This document shows, piece after piece, positions 17,599-35,725 of a DNA stretch of 64,000 nt. The notes under the pieces were generated by a model. The model did no database searches. It was not told where the DNA came from and was given only the letters and a program-made list of their open reading frames with translations. This stretch comes from the human T2T-CHM13v2.0 reference genome, Homo sapiens: assembly GCF_009914755.1 (NCBI RefSeq), contig NC_060932.1. One strand, written 5' to 3'. Made by a program: the position numbers and the translations under genes. Within the stretch, counting starts at the first letter, position 1, and each line of letters starts with the position of its first letter.

Positions 17599-18127
17599 CC
17601 CAGCCCCTAATCTTTTTAAATGAGGAAATCCTGGTCCACTTCCCCAGGGACGCTATTTCTCTCTAATTCCAGGATTCTAGTCTGAGCCATTCCAAATACC
17701 AAAAAATCTTAAGCAAACTTCATTCTACTAGCAAAGTTAACATTTATTGAGTGCTTACTGTGTGTTGGGCACTTGTAAATTTTACACGTATATGAATTGA
17801 ACTCCCCTAAGTCTTGGGAGGCAGATAGTATCATCATTACCCTCTTAGAAATAAGGACACGGAGGCACAGAGGAACTGGTTGATGGGCCTAAAGATCATG
17901 CGGCAAGGTCAGATTGAAGCCAGACAGTGAGTCACCAAGGGGCAACATGTTTAACTGGCACACTGTGGCCAGAAGAGAGGTGTCCTATTACTTCTCCCCT
18001 GCCAGCATGCAGCAAGCATGAGGAGTATTTCCTATATTCGGGGTGCACCAGAAGACTCTGTACCCCATATCTCATTGAATCCTCCCAACTCCCCAGTGGA
18101 GCCATTATGATCATTTCCAGTTTTGGG

Positions 18128-18420
18128 TTTTTTTTTTTTTTTTTTTTTCTGAGACAGAGTTGCTCTGTTGCCCAGTGGTGTGATCATGGCTTATTCCAGC
18201 CTGGACCTCCCTGGCTCAAGTGATCCTCCCACCTCCATCTCCTGAGTAGCTGGGACCACTGGCATGCGCCATCATGCCCGGCAAATTTTTAAATTTTTTT
18301 GTAGAGATGGGGTCTCACTGTATTGCTCAGGCTGGTCTCAAACTCCTGAGCTCAAGCGATCCTTCCGCCTCAGTCACCCAAAGTGCTGGGATTACAGGCA
18401 TAAGCCACCGCACCCGGCCC
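18128..18420 (-). mobile_element. Alu (AluJ-like)
   Basis: Alu consensus. Confidence 0.88.
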
Positions 18421-19381
18421 CATCTCAATTTCAGACAAAAACACTGAGCCTTAAGGAAGCCGAGCCACAGGCCCAAGTCACCAGCCCGGAAGCGGTGGGG
18501 CAGGCCAGGTTTTCTCTGGCAAAGGGCATTGCCCCTGCCACCAGAGCACAGCTGTTTCCACACGACAGAAGCCAGTACAACTCTTAATTTGACACCTCTG
18601 GTCTCAGTATAGCCATCACTGGGCCTCTCTGTAGGATGCCTCTCTTGGCCAATGCAGGTTTCTTCCTCCTGAGCGATGTGACCTCTGGTTCCTCCTACTT
18701 CTTTGGAGCTCTCGGGTGGGCCCTCTGGGGTTCTGCCGGCTGGGCGTGGTTTCTTCCTCAGCAGCTGTGACGTCATCCTCCCCAGACAGAGCCAAGGCTG
18801 CTTCTAAGGATGAAGGAAAGCGGGCGCTTGTCCTCAGCACAGCTGCTGAGCAGAACTGCCTGGCAGGCCCAGGAAGGCCACGTGGAGGAGTGGTGGAGGG
18901 TGTGAGTCAGGAGCCAGAGCGCCCTCACTCGGCCCTCTGCATCCCTTCTTCCACCCAGCAACTCTTGTTTTTGTTGTTTGTTAGATATACAAATAACATA
19001 TGCACACAGTAAACTTTTTGAACAATCTAGCAATGCATAAAATAACAAGTGAAATTTCTCCCCTTGACCCTCCTCCGGATCCCATTCCTCAGAGGTGACT
19101 AAGCATTGGTAACACTTTCTGGTGTCTCCTTCCAGACCCTTCTAGGTATATATGTGCATGTAAGCATGGATGAGTATATATGTATGTATATATATACAAG
19201 ACAAAAAGGAATTGTATGCACACGTATATGGTCTTTTGCAACATACCTTGCACTCAGCAATGAATTGTGGTCGCCGTTCCATGCCAGCACTCAGTCATTT
19301 TTATGGCTGCTTAGAATACTATCGTCTTGATTTCTCTCAATTTAATTATTCAGTTGCCCCCTGAGGTCTCTATTGATGGAG

Positions 19382-19383
<2 letters not shown>

Positions 19384-19416
<33 letters not shown>
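19384..19416. repeat. (CA)n microsatellite
   Basis: About 16 AC units. Confidence 0.95.
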
Positions 19417-19419
<3 letters not shown>

Positions 19420-19841
19420 CTTATATATTATATAATATATAATATAAATAATAAAACCAAATTTCCATTCAGTGAGCCAGTGCAATCCCGGCTCACTGAA
19501 GCCTCAGCCTCCTAGGCTCTGGGGATCCTCCCACTTCAGCCTTCCTGGTAGCTGGAACTACAGACACATGCCACCATAGCTGGCTAATTTTTTAATTTTT
19601 CTAGAGATGGGGGTCTCACTGTGTTGCCCAGGCTGGTCTCAAACTCCTGGACTCAAGCGATCCTCTTGCCTCAGCCTCTCAAAATGCTCAGTTACAGGTA
19701 TGAGCTACCATGCCTGGTCCACATTTGGTAATGAGATGCCATCTACTCCCTCGCAAGAGCTAGAATGGACTTGCATCTTCAGAGTTTCAAAATGCCAGGA
19801 CTTATAATAGTAACAATAACTTTTGATGATGATAATAATAA

Positions 19842-20178
<337 letters not shown>

Positions 20179-22002
20179 TGTAGTGTGCTTTTCAAAAACA
20201 TGATCTTACTCAATTATATCACAGAATACCACAATTAATAAAAGGTCCCCCAAATAAATATAGTTAAACTCATATATGAATTTTTAAAAAGAATAGAAGA
20301 AAAAGGATGGGCTGTGGAGCTAAGCTGGGTAAGGAGAGAGAGTAGATGGGGGTGACCGGCAGTGGCATTGCCCTGGGTGCAGTGGGTTGAAAGTCGCAGT
20401 GATGAGAACTGACGGAAAGGCTGGAAACTGAATGGAGAGTGGGGCCCTTGAAACTGAGATTATGGAGGGGCAGACAATTTTCGATGAAGCCGGCCTGCAC
20501 GGCGTGACGTGTTGGTGTGTGGCCGGGAAGGTATAGAGAGGTGGAGAGAGGAGGTCGCAGAACTGAGCGGCCAAGAAGTGGGAAGGGTCCTCTAGGCGGA
20601 CATTGGAATCACCAGGTATTCTGATAGGGCCCGTGTCAGAGTGACCAGGAGCCAGGAGCTCCTCCCCGACTAGCATTGATGCTGGCTACAGACAGCCACT
20701 GCCAGTGCCCACCTTGGAATCTTTTTCATCCTGGCCTCCACTCTGCCTCTAACTCTCTAAGAAGGTACAAGGGAGGCAGACGGTCCCCTTCTCTAGCAGA
20801 GAACCCAGCTCTCCCAGAGCAGGACACCCCTGAAACCATCGAGTGTCCGCTGCACTGGCCTCGCAGGTCACGGTGAACACATCCCTGGAATCCCTACTTG
20901 TTGGAACTCTGAATACACAGCAGGCTTTGGGCCCACTCTGGGACCTACCGAGGAAGTGGTTTCCCCCCGGAAGTGGAGGGAAGCCATTAAACTCTCTACC
21001 TGTTAAAATGCCCACCTGCTAAGGAGGATTGGTACTTACCAAGATGTAACATTCCTCCAGTAGCGAGCGAGCGTTTCCTGAGCTTGGAGCCTGAAATGAG
21101 GTGCTCAGGACAGACAGTGCCTGTGCCTTGGAAGTGTGATGTCAGGGTAGGGACTCTTCTCCCCATTGCACGCAGGACATAGCAGAGGCTCAGAGGTTGC
21201 GTGGTTTGCTTGATGACTCACAGCAGGAAATGCAGAGTGGAGATTCACACCCAGGCTGTTGTGACTGGGGTCTGAGCTTTCTCACGCGTATGTCTCATCC
21301 CTCCCTAAGCCTGGAGCTTCTTGAGGACAGGGACGGATTCAGATCTGGTGTCCTTTCAGCAGTTAGTGTGTCCCCCTGCCCAGAATCAGTACTCAATAAA
21401 TGATGATGGGGCCGGGCACAGTGACGCACTCCTGTAATCCCAGCACTTTGGGAGGCTCAGATCGGAGGATGGCTTAAGCCTGGGAGGTGGAGGCTGCAGT
21501 GAGCTGTGATTGTACCATTGCACTCCAGCCTGGGTGACAAAGCAAGACCCTGACTCAAAACAAACAAACAAACAAAAAAGTGATGATTGGCGACTCAGCC
21601 CTTCTTTCCTCTTGCCTCTCCTCTTGGGACCCTTCGTCGCTACTTCAGACCCTCCAGTACCCTCACGCGGCCCTTGGCCCTTCCTACCACTGTAGAGACC
21701 AGTTCCTCTTGAAGATATTGTGGGTTGTGTTATCTAATTGACTATGAAGAGAGCTGGAGCCAGGGGTTCTACCCAAAGTGACGTCTCCTTCCCCTCCTGG
21801 GCCTTCTAGGAAGAAAGCTGACCATACACAGACAACTGTGGAGGAGGGGCGGTTCTGTGCCAGGAGCTCCTTTTGGGAGCCCCTTAACTCTCGCCCAGGG
21901 GGACCTGCCTCGCGTAAGGCGGGCGGTGGTCATCATGGGGCTGGCAGAGGGCTGGTGCAATGTTCGGGACAGCTTAACCCTCTTCCTCCCCTGTTGCCCT
22001 AG

Positions 22003-22105
22003 ATCATCCTGAACTTCACGTCCCTGGACCTGTACCGCAGCCGCCTGTGCTGGTACGACTATGTGGAGGTCCGAGATGGCTTCTGGAGGAAGGCGCCCCT
22101 CCGAG
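22003..22105 (+). CDS. BMP1: BMP1 exon 9 (CUB1, [34 protein letters not shown])
   Basis: gccctag|ATCATC; CGAG|gtaacg; 103 nt. Confidence 0.97.
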
Positions 22106-23451
22106 GTAACGGCACCAGCCACCCCCTGCCCCCTCCATGCTGATTCCCTCTCTGAGCCACCCTCATCACACTCTTCATCCCCCTCCAGGGCCCAACACTG
22201 GCCAGGGATGACAACCTGGTATGGGAGCCAGGAGTCCTGGCATCATTAGTCCCAGATAGCTGCATTACTCACTTGCTGCGAGACTTCAGGCAAGTCCTGT
22301 CCTCAATCTGGACTTCAGAGTACCCAGTCCAGACTTCTGGGCCTCCCTGTGAAGTTGGCTGTCACCCTACGGGTGCAAGGAGTCATCAGAATTGACTGAG
22401 AGAGACAGACAGGCTGTTCTGCGCATCCCCATGGCCCCAGGCTCTCTTCCTCATCTGGGCACTTTCAGAGGATCCACTATTTTTTTCTATCTGCCCTTCT
22501 GGTTTTTGAGTGCCCACAGTGCAGCCTGGCTCAAAAGAGAGTCATCATAACCTGCCAGCCCATCTCCTAACTCACTGCCGAGGGCTGCACACTGGGCGCC
22601 GTGGCCCGACCTTGTCTGCATAGGATACTTTGTCCCGAGGAGGGTAGGGGGCAGGAGGTGAGTCAGTGGGAGTAAGTGGGTCAGAAGCACAGAACAGAAG
22701 GTGCTTTAATGAACCTAGAATTAGGGCAAAGGGAGGCAGGTGATCCTAGAGGGTATTGCAGCAAGCCCGAGGAGCCGTGTGAATCTCCTCCTAGCTGGAC
22801 GTGATCGTAAGGAGCTCAGGACCACTCTTTGGCAACAGAACCTCTTCTCCTCAGCCTATGCCTAAAACAGCCAGACGGATATTGCTAACCTCTATTTTCC
22901 CCCCAGTTTCCGATATTTAAATATTTCTTTTTGGTCACTCAAAGCAGCTGTCCTTACAACACTTCCTCTCGTAGACGTGTTAGTGTTTTTCCAAGATGGG
23001 AGTTTCTTTTTCATAACTTACATTCCTGGGCCAGCACCCTCTGTCCCTTGCTGAATGTTGGGAAACACCGGCCTTATTAGGAACACACAACTCATTCCTA
23101 GTTGATTCTTGACTACAAAGAATTCCACAGATGGCCGACCTCATTCACTTATGTTGATTCTTATTCATTTTTATTTCAAAGTGGACATTTTGTGAGCTAG
23201 TCCCCAGATTCTGTGATTTATTTAGGGTCCTGGGGCATCCCTTGCATTTGACCAAATAAAAACATGTCTGTGAGGGCAGTTTGTAATGTGTAAAGAAAGC
23301 CATGTTTATTTCTGATTATATTTCTGATTTTATTTCTTATTTGGTCTCTTCTTTGCATAGAGACCAAATAAGAAAAGGTAAATAATGATGGTAATATGCT
23401 CTTTAGAAAGGTAAATAGAACACATATATAGTTGGACATTATAAAGATCTA

Positions 23452-23811
<360 letters not shown>

Positions 23812-23899
23812 TCAAGTGGTCTCTGGCTCTCCAAAGCCAAGTTGGACCTTGGACCAGACAGAAGCCAACCAGAGGGTATACAGTCTTGGGAATGTGTGA

Positions 23900-24205
<306 letters not shown>

Positions 24206-24208
24206 TGA

Positions 24209-25067
<859 letters not shown>

Positions 25068-25393
25068 TGATTCAGGGAGGAAAAAAGGCAGTTGGAGGTT
25101 TTTTTTACCTGTGTGACCTTGGGCAGGATATTCTCCCTGAACCTCAGTTTCTCATCTGTAAAATGGGCACAGTAACAGTCCCTCCGCCACAGGCTTCACA
25201 TGAGGATTGAAGGAGAAATGAAAGAGGGGTCCTTAGTCAGGGAACAGCACGTGAGAGACACCAGCCCAGTCCATGTGCTCTGAAGGAAGGCTCTGTGGGG
25301 TTCCAGCCATCGGGGAGCTGGGTGGGTCTTGGGGCTGAGTGGACAAGTGAGGCTCACAGCCAGCTTCTTCCCTTGAATGCCTGGAGTCTGTGA

Positions 25394-25895
<502 letters not shown>

Positions 25896-26134
25896 AAGAT
25901 TTCTTATGCCCTTGGACAGACCCCTTCTTGGAAAAGCTAGATGGATACCCCAACACTCTTTTCATAGCTCATGGATAAGAAACACATGTCACATTGCAAC
26001 CCCGAGAACACACTGTCCCCCCGTAGGCCGCATTCTGGCTTTGGGTTTGTTTTGTTTTTTCATTCTTGGGGTGTTTTCGGGTTTTTTTTGTAAATGACCA
26101 TCTTGACTTGCTAACTGATATCACCACCCACCAG

Positions 26135-26238
26135 GGTGTTATGATCTACAGGTTGGGAAACCCCTGTTGTGGGACAGACACTGTTTCCGCCTCTCCACGC
26201 ATGGTCCCGAGATGCTGGGGACAGCACTCCGAGGCTAA
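26135..26238 (+). CDS. BMP1: BMP1 alternative acceptor in intron 13 giving truncating tail GCYDLQVGKPLLWDRHCFRLSTHGPEMLGTALRG*
   Basis: Branch-like CTAAC 26111-26115, ccaccag|GGTGT; phase 1 from exon 13; TAA 26236-26238. Matches my recollection of the BMP1-5 tail. 3' end of the exon not determined. Confidence 0.7.
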
Positions 26239-26455
26239 TGGCTCCAGCTCACTAGGCCGATCCTGCTGTGCCCCCGAGCTGCTCCCTTTCCTGCACCTCC
26301 CAGGACCGCCCCTCCCTGAACTGCTTTCCCTGAGCCCCTTATTCCCGCTCACTCCCTCTTGGAGGACCTTGGCCTGTTCATTTGCAGAGAAGATAGAAAT
26401 GGCCACACTTATGACCCCTTAGCTCCCCCACTCCTCCCTACAGGCCCACCCCTGA

Positions 26456-26833
<378 letters not shown>

Positions 26834-27142
26834 TGAGGCGTGGGCATTCAGCTCAGTGCCTGCTTCCTGTCCTCTGAGAGGGGGCCCGGCAGAAACACTC
26901 TGCAAATATCGAGGAGAGACTGCTCCCAGCTCACGAAGCACAGGAGGCCCAGCAGGGAGGGCCCCAAAGGGGGCGGGGGGACATGTAGCAAGTGGGAGGA
27001 AGGACATGGAGTTAGGGAGGCGTGTGGAGCAAGGGAAGGCTTAGGGCTGGCTTGGCGAGTACAGGAGGATCCAGTGAGGGGGCGTAGCTAAGTCAAGGCT
27101 AAAGGATGTGCAGAACAGAGAGCTTCCCGAGGGCAGGAGTAG

Positions 27143-27397
<255 letters not shown>

Positions 27398-27856
27398 TAG
27401 CCCCACCTCTCCTCGGAGAACAGGGCTCCCTTTCTCCCTGCCCCTGCACCCCTGTACTCCCCAGCCCTCCCTGGTGCCAGGCAGGCAGAGTCTGCCCCCT
27501 GCTCCCCACCACTTCACTCTCCCATCAAGCCAGCCCTTCCAGTATCCAAATCTCATTATTCCTGAGCCCTCAGGACTGTAATGACTGGGGCCTGAGGATG
27601 GGCAGAACATAAGCATTCAGAAATCAGCACCCAGAAGTGAAGAAGGGGATATTCCAGGTGTCAGGAGCTATGCAAGCCAAGGCCTGGGAGAGGGCAGGTC
27701 CTAGGAACAGGCAGTTCAAGAACGTGGGTGGATGGAGGAGAGACAGGTGTTTGCCTTGGACTGTGTGGAGCAGAGTCTCTGGCAGTGGTGGACTTCTAAT
27801 CAGACCCTGCACACGCCAAATAGGTTCACACTGGGGCCTTCAGAAAGATGAGTCGT

Positions 27857-28115
27857 GGCCGGGCGCGGTGGCTCACGCCTGTAATCCCAGCACTCAGGAA
27901 GGCCGAGGCAGGAGGATCACTTGAGCCCAGGAGTTCAAGACCAGCCTAGACAACATAGCGAGACCCCATCTCTATAAAAAAGTTTAAAATTAGCAGGGTG
28001 TAGTCGTGTGTGCCTGTAGTCTCAACTACTTAGGAGGCTGAGGTAGGAGGATTGCTTGAGCCCAGGAGTTTGAGGCTGTAGTGAACGATGATCTCGTCAC
28101 TCACTCCAGACGCTG
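27857..28115 (+). mobile_element. Alu (AluJ-like)
   Basis: Alu consensus. Confidence 0.88.
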
Positions 28116-28975
28116 TTTCTAAAAATTTTTTTAAAAAGGAGAAAGATGAGTCACCTGCTTCCTTCAATACCAAAGCCTTGGGGCTCCCCTGAACCGGTGG
28201 GCGGGAACTCAGATCCAATTAGCACATGCTGATTGACAGCTGCCCCACCTAAGGCCTGGGCTCCAGTCCCTTGGCCTCATTTGAGCCTTTGATGGCCCCA
28301 TCTTCAGGTGGTCTCAATGGTGATCAGCAGCCCCTGGCCCAGCCTCTCTCAGCTGATCCTCCGGGTCCAGGAGATCTCCCCTTCTTTGTGAATCACTCAG
28401 CCCTTCACCCTGGGGTGAGGCTGTAAGGTAGCTGGTGGTCTCCAGAGGTAACAGGACCCAGGCCCATGCAGTGAAGGGCAGGAGTGGAGTTGAGCAGGGG
28501 AGACAGGGAGGTCAGAGTCTGGCTGGAGCAGGCCCATGGATCCTCACTCCCGGCCTGCCTGCTGGGCCGGACAGGGGATAGGCAGGAAGGCAGGATGCCC
28601 ACGGCCGAGTCCATGCTGCCTTCCTTCTCCCCTCCTTCGCCCAGGGTCCTGCATCCTCAAGCCCCCTCTGTGGCTGCCCTGCACCCCTGCCTGACCCCCG
28701 GATGCCATGCACCTGCCCCTGCACTGGCTCCCTGCTTGGCACTGCCAGCCACCCTGCTCTGCTTACAGTGGCCCGTTGACCTCCTGCCCCCAACCCCCGC
28801 TTGCTGAGACCCTCCCCATGCCAGGCCAATTTCTTCCTTCCCTGTGCCCACCTGGGACTCCTAAGAGGTGCTCACCAGAGGGTTGAGAGGATGTAACACC
28901 CACTCGGGGCAGGCTCTGCCCCGGGAAACCATTACCTGCTTACTCTCGTCTCTTCCTGCCCTTCTGTTGCTCCAG

Positions 28976-29340
28976 TCTTGGAGGGGGCAGGGGACCGACA
29001 CTCACATCTATCAGGCCTGGAGTTACTGCTCTGCCCCCATGCCCTGGTCGACACTGTGCCCGCCCCACCCTCAGCCCTGCACGGAGACACACACGCCCAC
29101 ACGCACACACATGTGCACACACATTGCCCCATCGCACAAGAAACCTGCAGAGGACCCCCACTGGGGGCATCGAGGCTCAGCCCTCAGGGCCCGGGGCATC
29201 TGACTCTGGCCCCCCAGGAGGGGAGCTATTTGGACTTTTGGGACACCCACCGAGGAGACCCTAAGCCAAGAAGGAGAAGAAAGAGCCTGAAGACCTTCAG
29301 TCTGACCCCTGCCACCTTCCGGGGCATTTGGGCACTGTAG
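28976..29340 (+). CDS. BMP1: BMP1 alternative His-rich exon (BMP1/His type tail VLEGAGDRH...HAHTHTHVHTH...RGIWAL*)
   Basis: Strong pyrimidine tract with ctccag|TCTTG, in frame with exon 15; TAG 29338-29340 then G|gtgagt donor at 29342. Matches my recollection of the BMP1-7/His tail. Confidence 0.8.
29218..29264 (+). CDS. BMP1: BMP1 internal alternative acceptor within the His exon, second frame GGELFGLLGHPPRRP*
   Basis: ctgac branch-like motif, ccccccag|GAGGGG; TAA 29262-29264. Matches my recollection of the BMP1-6 tail. Confidence 0.65.
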
Positions 29341-30099
29341 GGTGAGTGCCATCTCCTTGCCTGGGCCCATGCCCACCTCCTCCACCCCACCCCCCTGCAA
29401 CCTGCTCCCCCCAGCTCCCAGGTGAGGCTGCCCACTCCTGCCCCGGACACTGAAGCAGCCTTCCTCAGGACTCACTTTCCCCCACTCATTCATCCAGCCA
29501 TTCACTTACGCGTTCACTCGCATTTGGCAGGTGTAATTTTACCCCTGCTGTGTACCAGGCACTGGACTAGGTTTCTAGGGCACAAATGTGAGGAAGGGGT
29601 GGAGCGAAGGCTTTGCTCAGTCCGTAAGCTGGGCCCCCCAAAGCTTCTAGCACAGTCACTGGAGATGTTGTCCTTAGTGAACCCCAGGATGGCTCATAGG
29701 GTGCCCTTCACCCCCACATTTTCTGCAGGGCTGATTCAAAGGCAGCTCATGGAGGGCTCTCGATCAGGCCCCCTCTGATGTGTTAACTGAGCAAGAAACC
29801 TTGGGAAGGACTTGGGGACTCCACCTCTTGGCCTGGTTCCCATGGCCCCTAGGGGTCTAACCTACCTGATCCTGGGTTGGAGAAGCAGGACCTTCTGGAA
29901 GCCCATGTTCCAGCGCTTGGGCCCCAGTCCTGATGGGGATCAGGAATAGGCCCCCTTGCACAGACCCCCACCTGGCCAGCTCAGTGCCAGCAGACATCTT
30001 TCTACCTCATGGTTCATCTATGGAATTCTGGGGGTCCACTGGATCCCTCATCTTCCCTGGCTATGCCTGCTTCTATGCCAGGCACACCATCCTCCAAGT

Positions 30100-30690
30100 G
30101 ACCACAGACAGACCTGAGTGTATGTGGCTGCGGCACACACACCCCTGTGACCAAGTGCACTTCTGTGCATTGGGGCACAGATTGTGTGTTCATCGTGTGA
30201 GTGCATGTGTGGGTCTGTGACACGTGGCCGTTGCTCCTCTGTGAGCCATCTGCTGATGAGCTACATCTCTGCCTTTACGCGTGACTTTGTATCCATGTCC
30301 AGGTGTCCATGCGCCTGTGTGTGCAGATGTGTCCTGTCCCTGGGTGTGTCTGTGCCTGTGTGTGCGTTGATATCTGTGCCTGCCTCTTCACACATAGGTG
30401 GGAATGCAGAGTGTGTATTCTTTGTATGCACCTGTACACAGGCTGGGCGGGCAAGTGAGGATGCGTATGTGGTTGGCTGTGTCTGTATCTGCATTTGCAT
30501 GGTGTATTGGAGATTGGAGCTGTGTGTCTGTGCGTGTGTGGGTAGTGTGTACCGTGTGCACATGTATGTGTGTGCCTGTGGACCAGCACCTGTGTTGCCA
30601 CATTTGGGTGACGGTACATCCATGCACTGGGTCTGCAGGTGTATTTGCGAGTGCGTGTGTCTGTCTAACACACTCTGTAGATGTCGCCGC
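30100..30690. repeat. Degenerate TG-rich low-complexity tract
   Basis: Dense interrupted tgtg runs. Confidence 0.8.
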
Positions 30691-31071
30691 CTGAATGAGA
30701 GCCAGAGCAGAGCTCTCCCCAGCCCTTCCCAAGTACTGTTCCCCTCTACCGACGACTCCCCAGTTCTCTCCTTCCCTGATGCAATGCACGCCTAGTGGGC
30801 TACGTGTGCCAACCCTCCAGGCCTTCTCCTGCCACAGGCTCTGTCTCTGTCCCGTCGCTGTGCCTCCTGCCCCTGCTAACCCAGCCCTCCGTGCCCTGGA
30901 TGCGCCCGGACATGGCCACCCTGCATGTGTGTCCGCCTGCCCTCCCGCCCCACCCTGCCCCTCAGATCCACCTCAGAGGCCCTGGGTCTGGTTTTCACTG
31001 CTGTCCCTCCCTGGTCCCTGCCCTCCACCCCCACCCCTTGGTCCCTTTTCTCCTTCTCTCTCTCGTTTCAG

Positions 31072-31157
31072 AAAAGAGGCCAGCTCTGCAGCCCCCTCGG
31101 GGACGCCCCCACCAGCTCAAATTCCGAGTGCAGAAAAGAAACCGGACCCCCCAGTGA
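31072..31157 (+). CDS. BMP1: BMP1 short isoform (BMP1-1, 730 aa) terminal coding exon EKRPALQPPRGRPHQLKFRVQKRNRTPQ*
   Basis: Long pyrimidine tract with tttcag|AAAAG; in frame with exon 15; TGA ends 31157. Confidence 0.96.
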
Positions 31158-31395
31158 GGCCTGCCAGGCCTCCCGGACCCCTTGTTACTCAGGAACCTCA
31201 CCTTGGACGGAATGGGATGGGGGCTTCGGTGCCCACCAACCCCCCACCTCCACTCTGCCATTCCGGCCCACCTCCCTCTGGCCGGACAGAACTGGTGCTC
31301 TCTTCTCCCCACTGTGCCCGTCCGCGGACCGGGGACCCTTCCCCGTGCCCTACCCCCTCCCATTTTGATGGTGTCTGTGACATTTCCTGTTGTGA

Positions 31396-31401
31396 AGTAA
31401 A
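31396..31401 (+). terminator. BMP1: Variant poly(A) signal AGTAAA of the BMP1-1 transcript
   Basis: AGTAAA about 240 nt after the short-isoform stop, followed by a U/GU-rich tract (about 31420-31480). No AATAAA seen before exon 16. Confidence 0.85.
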
Positions 31402-31485
31402 AGAGGGACCCCTGCGTCCTGCTCCTTTCTCTTGCAGTCTGCTTGTCCATGTGTCTATTTTTCCACTTGTCCATCTGTCCAGTAA

Positions 31486-31995
<510 letters not shown>

Positions 31996-32461
31996 TAAGG
32001 CCCCCTCATTCCCCCACCCACCTGGTACATAGATCCTCCTCCCGCAGTGTCGGAGCCACACGCTCACTTCTGTTGCCCACATTAGGAGAGGAGGAGCTCA
32101 CGGCTGCTCTGAGGCTTCATTTTCAGACTTTTCTAGTTTGTGCTTCTTAAAACCATGTCCAAGTCTCTTTGTGACTTCCTACCGGCACAGAGGCGAGAAA
32201 GGATAGTGGGTAAGAGCACAGCCTCCAGAGCCAGGTGGCCTGGCCCAGCCCTGCCGCTTCACTAGCTGTGTGCCTTTGAGTGACTCCTTGACCCTCTCTG
32301 TGCCTTGGTTTGCTCCTGGGTAAAATGTAGATAATAATAATAGTACCCACCTCAGAGAGGCATTGGGAGCTTGAAGGGCCCCAAGCAGGGCCTGGCTCAC
32401 CGCAAGCACAATGGCATCTGTTACCACTATCAGTCACACTTATAACCCCTGGGGATGGTCA

Positions 32462-35725
<3,264 letters not shown>

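Noticed and set aside
30184-30795. Cys/Val-rich and His/Thr-rich ORFs on both strands (also at 60-61.5 kb)
   Set aside because: Translations of degenerate TG/CA repeats, not metallothionein-like genes
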